From Haliotis cracherodii (taxonomy: Eukaryota), in contig NW_027266341.1 of assembly GCF_022045235.1 (NCBI RefSeq), positions 23,002,001 to 23,066,000 on the forward strand: 64,000 nucleotides of DNA, in the 5' to 3' direction. This document shows positions 1 through 10,368 of the stretch, one piece after another. A program made the position numbers and the translations under genes. Each line of letters starts with the position of its first letter. Position 1 is the first letter of the stretch. The notes under the pieces were generated by a model, which was given only the letters and a program-made list of their open reading frames with translations, searched no databases and had not been told where the DNA came from.

Positions 1-504
1 TATTTTCAACACTTTGGACAGAACTTGAATAGAGTCTCATTTTCATTCCTTTGAAGAACTTTGTGTTTGTTCTCATGGGGGATAATTCTAGGCATCTTAG
101 AAGTAGGAAAAGCTTGGTGGTAAAGAGGGGCAAAGAGTGGATACAGTTTAACTTCTGTTCAGTTATCTTACTGTCATAGCCAGCGAGCGCATGTGTTTTT
201 GTACCAGTTGAATCCCTCTGTTGTGGGTTGATATGACAAGACATTAATTTGTCAATACCAGATACCATAGGCATGGAATAATACTGCCTCATTTGGCATC
301 AAACCTCTGGCACAACAATGTCAATACCTTGACTTCAGCTTAGTAATCTTACTGTCATATTCAGTTGCATGTGTTTTGTTTTGGTTTTTTGCCACAGTCA
401 GAAATTTTCAAGGTAGATCATCTGTATAAATTTGGAGTCTGGGCCAGGCAAACCAGTGATTGACAGTATGAGAAACAATCCAGACCATTGGTGTACTGTG
501 ACAC

Positions 505-1193
505 ACAATAAGGCAAGTTAACATTGTTTCAACAAACCAAGTTAACATTGTTACAATAAGTCATGTTAACATTGTTACAATAAGCCAGATTAATATTGTT
601 ACAATAAGTGAGGTTAACATTGTTACAACAAACCAAGTTAACATTGTTGCAATAAGCCAGGTTAACATTGTTACAACAAACCAAGTTAAAATTGTTGCAA
701 TAAGCCAGGGTTGTTTTTTTCAAACAAACCAAGTTAACATTGTTACAATAAGCCATGTTAATATTGTTACAATAAGCCAGATTAGCATTGTTACAAGAAG
801 TAAAGTTAACATTGTTACAACAAAACAAGTTAATATTGTTACAATAAGCCAGGTTAACATTGTGACAATAAGCCAGGTTAACATTGCTACAATAAGTAAT
901 GTTTACATTGAAACAAAAGAGGCCAGGTGAAAAAAATTGTTACAATAAGCTAGGTTAACATTGTTAAAATATGCAAGTTTAACATTGTTACCATAAGCCA
1001 GACTAACACTGTTACAATGAACTGGATAAGTAAAGTTAACATTGTTACAAGAAACCAAATTAACATTGATACAATAAGCCACGTAAACAATATAACAAGA
1101 AACTGGATTGACATTGTTACAAGAAGCAAGGTTACCATTGTTACAATAAACCAAGTTAACATTGTGACAACATGCCAGGTTAACGTTGTTAAC
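505..1193. repeat. 24-bp minisatellite, consensus ~ACAATAAGCCAGGTTAACATTGTT, about 28 diverged copies
   Basis: 24-nt periodicity read directly. It produces the repetitive CNNVNLAY ORFs. Both flanks match family C retroposon sequence. Confidence 0.95.
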
Positions 1194-1894
1194 ACCTGAT
1201 CTCCATTTCAGTCAGCTCTTATAACATGAATAGCACACTGGGAACTTTTTTGTCTATAATTTCCTTGGCATTATTCAGAGAGGGAGAACAAGTATGGACA
1301 TGGGTGTTAACTGACGCTATACCTGGGGCTCAAACATTTATTTGTGATGAGTATTAACATACCTACCTTGAGACTGTTCCAGCATCTCTAGGCAGATGTC
1401 AGGTATGTATTTTATCACAGATAGGATAACAAAATGTAAAAATAATATCTTATAATATCCTTAGATTAACACAAAAGAACTTTGCAGATTTTCTGCAGAT
1501 AACAGCTGAATGTTTAAGATTAACCAGTTATGTTTCATGTAGAGAAATACATGAGTGAGTGAGTCAGAGGTCAGTGGTCAAACCAGTGGCCAATAGGGTG
1601 AGCAATGGTGGCTAATAGCTTAGTGGTATGGTGATCAAGCAGCCAAAGAGCTGGTCTTCAAAGGCAGTAATCTCCCAAAGTACATCCCCATTTGGGTTGC
1701 ATCAAACAATGACGAAGCGTACTGGGAACCTATCCTGAGTGAATGTTGTTTTAGTCTGAGTCAGCAACTTTCCAGGTGTGTATGCAGGCTGTAACTTATG
1801 GATTCTGGGCCAAGCTGTTGCCAGCATGATCCCGACATGATCACAGTCAGTCAACCAAATTACAGAGTCTGACCAACTGATTCATTTGGTTGGT

Positions 1895-2161
1895 TGGTTT
1901 TTGTTTGTTTGTTGTTTAACGCCACACTAATCAATATTCCAGCTATATGATGGCAGTCTGTAAATAATTGAGTCTGGACCAGACAATCCAGTGATTGACA
2001 GCGAGAGCATCGATCCATTCATTTGGGATATGATGACATGTATAAACCAAGTCAGCAAGCCTGACCACCTGATCCCGTTAGTCGCCTTTTACGACAAGCA
2101 TAGTTGCCTTTTACGGCAAGTATGGGTTGCTGAAGACCTATTCTCCCCCGGAATCTTCACG
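1895..2161 (-). mobile_element. Family C non-tRNA retroposon (SINE-like), near full length, (AAAC)n tail
   Basis: Aligns along its length with copies at 5209, 20253, 21925, 25594, 54688 and 55365. Confidence 0.85.
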
Positions 2162-3487
2162 ATTCATTTGGTAACACATATCTACCTCTGTAAGAGAAGG
2201 TGGGTATTTTGTCTGCATTAAGTATCCTGAGACTATACTGTACATATGGTGTATAAAATTATAGGCAACTACAAAATACATTTAGATTATTTCTGATGGT
2301 ATTTTGAAGGCAGTAATATTTTAGGTGATCTGTAAACTGAAAAATGAAAATGTGTTGCTTAACAACCTAGAAATGTAAGTAAAGTATTTTCAGAAATTTG
2401 AGATAAAAATCACAAGCAAAATATATAAATATTTAAATATTTGTTGCTTTTATTTGCTATTATTGTGGAATAGTGTCATGAAAAATACCAACAAATGGAT
2501 TCATCCAGGACTATCAACAAAGTTCCAGTGCTGTAAACTGAGGAAAGAGCCCTATTTATTTAAATTGGTAAGTCCTTATTTTTTCAGATTTCAAGGTAAT
2601 TCAACACTCAAAGCAATCATGTTAAACTAAGTATCAAGATTCTTAATGTGTAAATACAAATCTCCATTAAGCAGCTTATATAATAACCATTGTATTCCAA
2701 TTGGGAAATATTAAATGACAATTGCTGTATACTTAGGGCCAAATATAAAAATCTCAGAAAGCCTATATAAGCCAGTGAACCATGATATTTGCTGGAATTG
2801 AGGCAGATCACATGAAATATCCTAAACATCATTGCTTGATCACGAAGCCCATGTCTTGCTTAAATGTTATAAATGCATAGTGTTGTTTGTCATGAATCTA
2901 ATCATGATAAAGTGTTTCCCTCTGAAAAAACATCATAATGTCTTTGTATTAGGCCACAAAAAATAAAAGAACTGGTTCCCAGGCAATGACTTTTGAAAAT
3001 ATAGTGCTGCCGGGTGGTGGTTTTTGGGGGGGGCTTGTTCAAACAGCTGTGTACCATCAACCTCAGAAAGGGCCTCCCTACATAAACAAGTATACAAACT
3101 CCCATTGCCGCCATGACCATAACACAAGATGCACAGTAAAGCATTGCCCATGTAAAGAAAAGTAAGTGCATGCTATATTGGATAACATTATTTTTAAGTA
3201 TAAGGATTATCTAAATTCTTTTTAAAATGGAAATAATAAAAAGAAATGTGCAGCAGACTTTATGACGACGTGGTGGTGGCCGAGAACCAAGACTTCTTTT
3301 TTTTTAGCCTTAATTTTGTTCTTTTTCTCCATGTACTGGACCTTCCATCCTATTATCCATGTTATCCTATTATCCATGCTATTATAACTTGTTAGAAGGC
3401 TAAGTCCTGATGAAATTATGAGTTAGTATAGGCCCCCAGCAAGCTAAGCGTGTTGTATATGGCATCTAAATTGATCAGGTTCAGTGG

Positions 3488-3852
3488 CATCGAACAATAG
3501 TTATCATTGTTGATAATTATAAGAATTCTACCTTTATTACATATCTGCCATAAATCCTGTATTTTGGCTTCAATCACAATAACTAAAAGTTTCAGATTTT
3601 CAACAGAAGTCCTGTTCACTGTCAATTACACACAATTAGTTGCCGGCAAGTAGTCTTGTAACTACCCACACCGTGAGATCACAATGGCGGCCATATCACT
3701 TTTTTCCATCTTCTCCTACTGGAGGTATATGAATTTGGGAGGTGGGAGGGAGTAATTCGTATGTAATAGAGGTAGTCTTCTTAGAATTATTAACAATGAT
3801 AACTATTGTTCGATAATTCTTACGAAACTTCTACCTCTATAATATATCTGCC
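3488..3852 (+). mobile_element. Miniature DIRS-like element: terminal repeat, its inverted copy, then a partial direct copy
   Basis: 3489-3543 is inverted at 3760-3814 and partly repeated directly at 3815-3852. The same terminus precedes a DIRS-type gag at 8573-8880. Confidence 0.6.
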
Positions 3853-4109
3853 AGAATATACCAGAGGACCCCGGTGGGATATGCCTCTAGTAACTCCCTG
3901 TGTAATTGACAGCAAACCTCTTATGAAAACCATAATGTATTGATTCTAATCCTACTGAGATAATTTCCTCAGAAATTCCCCTTGAGGACTTGAAAATCAG
4001 AAACTATGTCAATAATCTGTCAAATATGTGATATCCTCACTAGATTTACCATTATATTTACTGATTTTGACATTAATAAACCTGGATTAGTGACCTATAA
4101 TACTGGTGA

Positions 4110-4282
4110 TTACGTCACTTCCGGTTCTGACGTCACTTCCTCTTGTTGGTAATGAGGTCTCTTTAGGTCTATTTCTATGCCAAAGCTGTCATTTCCTGGT
4201 TAGAAGGGCTTTGTTCAGCTATTTCCGGTGCTGACGTCACTTCCGGTTTCTCTCTATTACTTCCGGTAATGACGTCACTTCC
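4110..4282. promoter_or_regulatory. Cluster of overlapping CRE-ETS motifs (TGACGTCACTTCCGG)
   Basis: Motifs at 4110, 4128, 4232 and 4270, plus TTCCGG cores near 4223 and 4261. Probably carried by a mobile element. Confidence 0.45.
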
Positions 4283-4414
4283 AATGGTGGCAGATGACAT
4301 TTAAGGTGCTTCTAACCATCCTACACCTAATAAACAGAGTAATCAAGGGTGTATTTACCCTCTGATGCTGACAGCTGGAAACTACTTGTTCTACTGAGAC
4401 TGTGATGTAGGCTT

Positions 4415-4555
4415 AGAGGAAACCCATGGGTAGGGTGCTGACAAACCCAGAAACATAATCAGGGCGAACAGGGGTTCAAACTGGTTTGTTTCCGGCATGT
4501 CTAAGGGACATAACTCTGCACAACAAACTGTGGCACTTAAGATGACTAGGCCACT
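4415..4555 (-). mobile_element. SINE family B, partial and diverged
   Basis: Matches the GAAACCCA...GGTGCTGACAAACC...CTCTGCACA...TTAAGATGACT segments of the other B copies. Confidence 0.7.
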
Positions 4556-4924
4556 AGTTCCTTCCTTCTCCTATCAATAGTTAAGCAGATTACTTAAGGA
4601 CCCTCGGCATAAGGGGCTACCCAACACATACATAAAACCACATTTCACTTCACTCAAGAAGACAATACAAGCCAGTTTCAGAAACAGATCTGTATGAACA
4701 TGATATTTATTGTCAATTTGCCACTAAACTTATCAGAAAATTGCTGCTGTTTAATGTCATGGTTTAGTATTTAAAATAGAGATATATCAATTTCAACAAC
4801 CATACAAGTCTAGTGATACCATTTTGATTTTTCGTTATCAAGTAGCAGATAGAGAGTGTGAATACTTTGACATTTAGATATATACAAAGCTTCCAAGTAA
4901 TGAGGAGATAGAGCTTTCCAAGTA

Positions 4925-5001
4925 GGGCTAGGTTACCTGAAGATTAATCATGTTTGAAGCCGAACACACAGTGTGAGATTTCGAAACCGTAAATTCAGCC
5001 C
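4925..5001 (+). ncRNA. Degenerate type I hammerhead-ribozyme-like motif
   Basis: CTGAAGA at 4937 and GAAAC at 4983, with flanking pairing GGGCT..GTTAC / GTAA..AGCCC. The cleavage triplet appears deleted. Confidence 0.3.
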
Positions 5002-5208
5002 ACTTAAATCTACAGGTAATGTAGTTCTACATATACATCATTCTATCATGACAATATTTACACAAACTCTTTTTGCTAGTGAAGCATATTGATCGATGGG
5101 ACATGGGTTGAATCAATTTTTTTATTAATATCAAAACAATAGTTATCATTGTTAATAATTCTAAGAATACTACCTCTATTACATCATTGCCATAAATCCT
5201 ATTTTAGC

Positions 5209-5478
5209 AACCCATGAAGATCCTGGGTAGAATAGGTCTACAGCAACCCATGCTTGCTGTAAAAGGCGACAGTGCTTGTCGTAAGAGGCAGCTAACGGGA
5301 TCGGGTAGTCAGTCTCGCTGACTTGGTTGATGCATGTCATCAATCCCAATTGCTTGGATCGATGCTCATGATATAAATCACTGGACTGTCTGGTCCAGAC
5401 TAAATTATTTACAGACAGCCGTCATATAGCTGGAATATTGCTGAGTGTGGCGTTACACAACAAAACAAAACAAACAAA
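5209..5478 (+). mobile_element. Family C retroposon, full length with target-site duplication (TSD)
   Basis: Flanked by CCTATTTT(A/G)GC on both sides and ends in an (AAAC)n tail. Confidence 0.88.
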
Positions 5479-5659
5479 CCTATTTTGGCTGCAATATAAC
5501 TACGGTATAACTAAATCTTCAGATTTTTAACAGAAGTCCTCTTCACTCTCAACTATACAGAAATAGTTGTGCCCGCAATAGCACCACTAGCCTCACAGGT
5601 CTTCTGTGAGCAAAGGCGCGAAAAAACTCACTTCATTCCAAAACATCTAACCTCTAGAG

Positions 5660-5803
5660 GAGTGAGCGAGTTAGTATGGATTTATGCCACTTTTAGTAAT
5701 ATTCCACCAATATCACGACTGGGGGACACCAGAAATGGGAATCGAACCCGAACCTTCGGCATGACAAGTGAATGCTTTATTCACAAGGCTACCCCACCGC
5801 CCG
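5660..5803 (-). mobile_element. tRNA-derived SINE family A, internally deleted
   Basis: 13-bp TSD AACCTCTAGAGGA. B box GGTTCGATTCC on the minus strand. Confidence 0.85.
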
Positions 5804-6140
5804 AACCTCTAGAGGAAGATGATTGTGAAGGTGGGTGGGAGTAAACCTGATGTAATAGAGGTCCATGATTATTGGACAGAAAAGCAAAATTTCAGCAATC
5901 AGTTCATCTGACCCAGCAACACGTATCTCTACCAGAGAGGCTGTGATACCACATATGCGGGAAAGTTAAAAATGATTAACATCTAGATATGACAGAGCAA
6001 GTGTCTCATATCTGTAAAACAGCTTTTTTTCAATGGCAAAATAAGAAATTATCTTAGAGAAGATGCAGCAGTGAAAATCATGACAGCTCTTGTTATATCC
6101 TGCTTGGACTATTGTGATGGCCTCCTAACTATTAAGGAAG

Positions 6141-6310
6141 AGTGAGTGAGTGAGTATTGTTTTACGCCGCTTTTAGCAATATTACAGCAATATCACGGCG
6201 GGGGACACCAGAAATGGGCTTCACACATTGGACCCATGTCGGGAATCGAACCCGGGTCTTCCGCGTGACAAGTGAACGCTTTAACCACTAGGCTACCCGA
6301 CTGCCCCATT
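6141..6310 (-). mobile_element. tRNA-derived SINE family A (~170 bp, (ACTC)n tail)
   Basis: A box TAGCCTAGTGG, B box GGTTCGATTCC, TSD GGAAGAG. More than 10 related copies in the window. Confidence 0.9.
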
Positions 6311-6552
6311 TTGGAAGAGAATTTTTGGATGTCAACGTTTTTATTATGCTCAAAAACTAAAAGTCTTGGCCCACATCATCCTAAATTGCACTTTTCGTTT
6401 TGGTTTCCATTTTCAATTTTGGGGTGCATTGTGTTTAAGTATTAGGATTTTTATATTTTTTTGAAAATAGAAATAAAAACAAAGCGTGCGGCAGACATTA
6501 TGATGTTGCGGTAGGTGCCTGAGTACCAATTAAGACTATTGTTTTTTTAGCC

Positions 6553-7200
6553 TTATGAGGAACACAACGTTTTGGAGTATATACTTACTACTTCATCAGC
6601 AGAATAAATGCTATGAAGCAGAGAACATACATATATTTACCTGTAAGAACAACAAAAGTATAAAGATAACAAAGGTGGAAACATAACAAAGGGTGCCAAA
6701 AGATAATTGGCACTGATATGTGATTAACAATAAGCAAAAGGAAGCCAAAGTTAACTCATCACTGATTGGTAAAAGGCAATGGACAATGGGCTAACTGGAG
6801 ACCAGGGGGAATCAGCACTGATAGTTAATAGAATGGAAATGATAATGGACAAATGGAGGCCAGCTAGATAATTAGCACTGACAAAGATCAAAGCAATAAA
6901 TCCTAAGCACTGGGCAGATAGGTTCCATTGTCACTGTTCATGGCTGGCTGGTATGTGTCTCAAAGCCTGCTGTCAATGGCTTCTTGTAGTTTTCTTTGTA
7001 GCCAGTTGTTGTTGTTGGTGGTAGACAGGTGCCTTCCCACATGATGTAATGGTTTTGGTTCTTGAGGATGTGTTCGGATATCAGGTCTAGTTTGTTAACA
7101 GAAGTCGGATATTCTTTGAGTCCAGTGTTGAGGGGTCTGAGGGTTTCTCCAATGTATTGGTGGCCACAGTTGCAGGGGATCTGGTATATACATCGTCCTT
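6553..7200 (-). mobile_element. Penelope-like retroelement remnant: C-terminal GIY-YIG endonuclease plus 3' pseudo-LTR with decayed hammerhead
   Basis: Minus strand from 7198 reads GRCIYQIPCNCGHQYIGETLRPLNTGLKEY...ISEHILKNQNH, then EAI...MNSDNGTYLPSA after frameshifts. CTGATGA...AAACGTT lies at about 6600-6565. Confidence 0.85.
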
Positions 7201-7459
7201 AAGAACCAATGGCAGAGGCACAAGCAGCGCAAGTCCCAACCCCAGAGGATGTATATACTAGATACCCCGCAGCTGTAGTTAATGATGGAGACCCGAAAAC
7301 TTTCAGTCGATCGTATCCTGACGGACATCCTCAATGATTTTCCCAAACTTGTCATTGGAAATCTTTGGAGATGTAATGGGCTGAGACATGACCATCTGTT
7401 TGGTTTGAGTTGTAACCAGGAGAGCTGGGAAGATGTCCAGACAGCAATTCCTCCTGCAT

Positions 7460-7708
7460 GTGAGTGAGTGAGTTTGGTTTAATGCCGCTTTTAACAGTAT
7501 TCCAGTTATATCACGGTGTGTCAGCTTCATGTGGGAGGAAAGCCCGAAGTGATGCAGGTCTAAGATGTTTACCACTTCGGTGAAACCCATGAGCACGGGT
7601 ATGGTGCTGACAAACCTAGAAACAATCATAGGTTTCTGGCATGCCCAAGGGACGCAACTCTGCACAGCGAATCGCAGCGCCTTAGACGACTGGGCCACCC
7701 GTGCCCCC
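7460..7708 (-). mobile_element. SINE family B (tRNA-like head, longer body)
   Basis: 14-bp TSD CCTCCTGCATGTGA, head GGTGGCCCAGTCGTCTAAGGCGC, (ACTC)n tail. Confidence 0.88.
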
Positions 7709-7979
7709 TCCTGCATGTGAACAATCATGTTGAGTAGACTGTACATAAGACCAACTTTATACCCAGTTCATATGGGTAACATTGTGTCCCCTGGGATATC
7801 CTTGTAGGAAGGTGACATTGGCAATCCATGAAGATCTGGGGTAGAATAGGACTTCAGCAATCCATGATTCCGAATCCATGGGTGCATGTTGTAAGAAACC
7901 CCACAAGCGGGAATAACAATTATAAGGTACATCCTTAAATTCCCATGTAAATCCTCACCTTAGATGAAGTATGCCCTTA

Positions 7980-8880
7980 GGCTGAACTCTGTGGGTCTAA
8001 CAGGATATCCACATGGTTGGTCCGACTGTGCGGGGACCAGGACAGAGGGCTGTCATGTAGGGATGGCATGGTGGCCACTTCCCAGCTGGTCGTCCGGAGG
8101 TCGGGTGACCAAGGCACTGGCAGACAAAGATCGTCGAGGTTCAACTGGAAACTTTCCCCCATGAAGCCTCTTGGCTAGGGGGTTCTTATGAGCCTGCAAG
8201 ACCTGAGCCATGGACACCTTCTGTGGGGCAAAAAGTTTCTTCAACATGCTGATTGGAAAACCAAAAGCTGGGTCCGGCTGAGGAGTTGTCGGGGTAGTAG
8301 GTGTCCGGATAGACGCTGAGTCTTGGGAGTCAATGCATCAGGCAAGGACATGATGGCTTTGATTTTCTTCTTAGCAGCCTCATTTCATTTGGTTTTGGCG
8401 AAAGAAGCATCTAGCTTTGAGAAAGCCATCTTGGAGAGGGGAGTGTAAAGCTTGCAAAAGGACTCCTCCATACATAGGTCGACTCTGTACTTCCAGCAGA
8501 AATTATACGGGTCCCCAGTGACCATGAAATGTCCACATTTCTGACATGTAGGGTAGGGAACAGACGTCACCATAACAGACAAAAAGTACGAAAACCAACC
8601 CCAGATTTTAGTTAAAACAGTGTGGCTACATAACCAAGTGCTAGAGTAAGCTAAGCCATAGATGTTGATCTCTAGTACACACAGGAAAGAAGTGACATTT
8701 TCCCCCACCTTAGTGCACAGAGCTGTTAGGTTTCTGGTGCTATTGTGGGAAGAACTAGTTGTGTGTAGTTGAAAGTGAAGAGGACTTCTGTTGAAAATCT
8801 GAAGATTTAGTTACAGTGTAGTGACAGCCATGATACAGGATTTATGGCCATGATGTAATAGAGGTAGAGTAATCTCAAGA
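7980..8880 (-). mobile_element. DIRS-like retrotransposon 5' remnant with degenerate gag
   Basis: ATG at 8573 gives MVTSVPYPTCQKCGHFMVTGDPYNFCWKYRVDLCMEESFC, resembling the Cys-rich N-terminus of DIRS1 Gag. 8760-8880 matches the termini at 3520-3640 and 5160-5570. Confidence 0.6.
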
Positions 8881-8942
8881 GTTATGACTCTGTATATGCT
8901 CAAATATTAAGTCTTTGAAAGGTATTTAGAAGCGATACACAT

Positions 8943-9028
8943 ATAAGGAAGAGAATTTATGGATGTCAACTTCTTTATTATGTAAATCAATAATATAGAA
9001 GTTGACATCCATAAATTCACTTCCTTAT
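8943..9028. repeat. 38-bp inverted repeat of the Penelope pseudo-LTR end
   Basis: Arms 8943-8980 and 8991-9028 differ at 2 positions. The same sequence occurs at 6313-6347. Confidence 0.75.
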
Positions 9029-10196
9029 GCTCAAATATTGTTTTTATTTTCATTATACTATACTTGCATATACCACGGGCATTCAAAGTGTGTAACACAG
9101 CTATACATGTATATTCAGTGCCATCATTGAAGGGTTACCTAGGTATATAGGGTGTTAAACATGAATACATGCCAACAAGCGTCAATCGTCCCGAGTATAT
9201 TTTGTCAATGTTATTAACACTTGTTTATGCCTATGTTGCACTACTCGGTTGCTTTAATGAAACAGGAAAAATGTATAATGACTATTAAAAACAATGAAAA
9301 GAGCAAGATTGAAGGTGATGGAAAAAGCTACCCATAAAACAGGCCAGAATGCAGCCAGTGGTTTAGCCATGTTAGCCCATGCAGTGCAATGCATGACAAG
9401 TAACAGTCAATGTGTGTATAAAATGGTTCATTCCAGAATCTGGAATCCAGATACAACTGAACTGCACTCTTGCAAGTTGAAAACAGGGCATTATATCTCT
9501 TATCATCTGCTTGACCCCTCAATTATGACACTGAGCATACTTCTAAAGACAGCTTTGCTTGTGGCTGTCCCTATATAAAGGAAAATAAGCAAGCCTTGCA
9601 AGATTTAATTCTGCACCGCAAGTCAATAATGTAACATCACACTCAACATGACTTCGTCAGTTTTATCATATAAAGGCATGGGTTATCGATGCAGTAAACC
9701 AAGCCCATAAACTTGGTATCATTACCCGATAAATATGCAAATGAGGTCACCTAGTGGGAACTACTTTCAAGCTACATACATCAATGTGATGCCTTCATTC
9801 TCAATAAACTATTGACTAATGATTTCAATATGCTCCGATAGGGATTTCCCAATGTGTTGCTGAAACATATGGGGACAAACATGGCTGCAAGTCATTTGGC
9901 ACTATATACATTGGAGGATTCACTCAAAACATGTATTCATACACACTCAAACAACATTTATTTTATTTTTCTATACTTGTCAAATTTTTGTATAATAATG
10001 TTTTTACCTTTTATATGATATTTACGATACAGAAACTCACTCGGCTAATAATAATAATTTCTGTGTCCGTAGAGGAAACCCTCAAATCATGAAACCACCT
10101 GCTTCAATTTTGAAAATGTCAAGAAGAGAAACAAATATATTAAATCACTTTTGTTTACCAAAGAGTTTTTAACCTCAGAGCCACATTTTTCAGTCA

Positions 10197-10368
10197 GTGA
10201 GTGAGTGAGTTTGGTTTTACGCCGCTTTAAGCAATATTCCAGCAATCACAATATCACGGCGGGGGACACCAGAAATGGGCTTCACACATTGTACCCATGT
10301 CGGGAATCGAACCCAGGTCTTCGGCGTGACGAGCGAACGCTTTAACCACTAGGCAACCCGACCGCCCC
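10197..10368 (-). mobile_element. SINE family A, full length
   Basis: Near-identical to 6141-6310, with A and B boxes and an (ACTC)n tail. Confidence 0.9.

Larger units (their letters stand above)
5131..5862 (+). mobile_element. Second miniature DIRS-like element, interrupted by two retroposon insertions
   Basis: 5131-5205 joined to 5479-5580 aligns with 3490-3645. The inverted terminus GATGTAATAGAGGT is at about 5849. Confidence 0.6.

Noticed and set aside
529-1195. Cys/Asn-rich repeat ORFs resembling antifreeze or beta-helix proteins
   Set aside because: Translation of a 24-bp minisatellite, broken by stops and frameshifts, with no gene structure.
5211-5299. Family C 5' structure as a standard HDV-like ribozyme
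   Set aside because: A hairpin followed by CTAA resembles P4-J4/2, but the stem order and the P1.1/P3 elements do not fit the HDV double pseudoknot.
10290-10368. tRNA genes (this and similar copies)
   Set aside because: A and B boxes are present but attached to SINE bodies with tails and TSDs, and the acceptor stem does not close.
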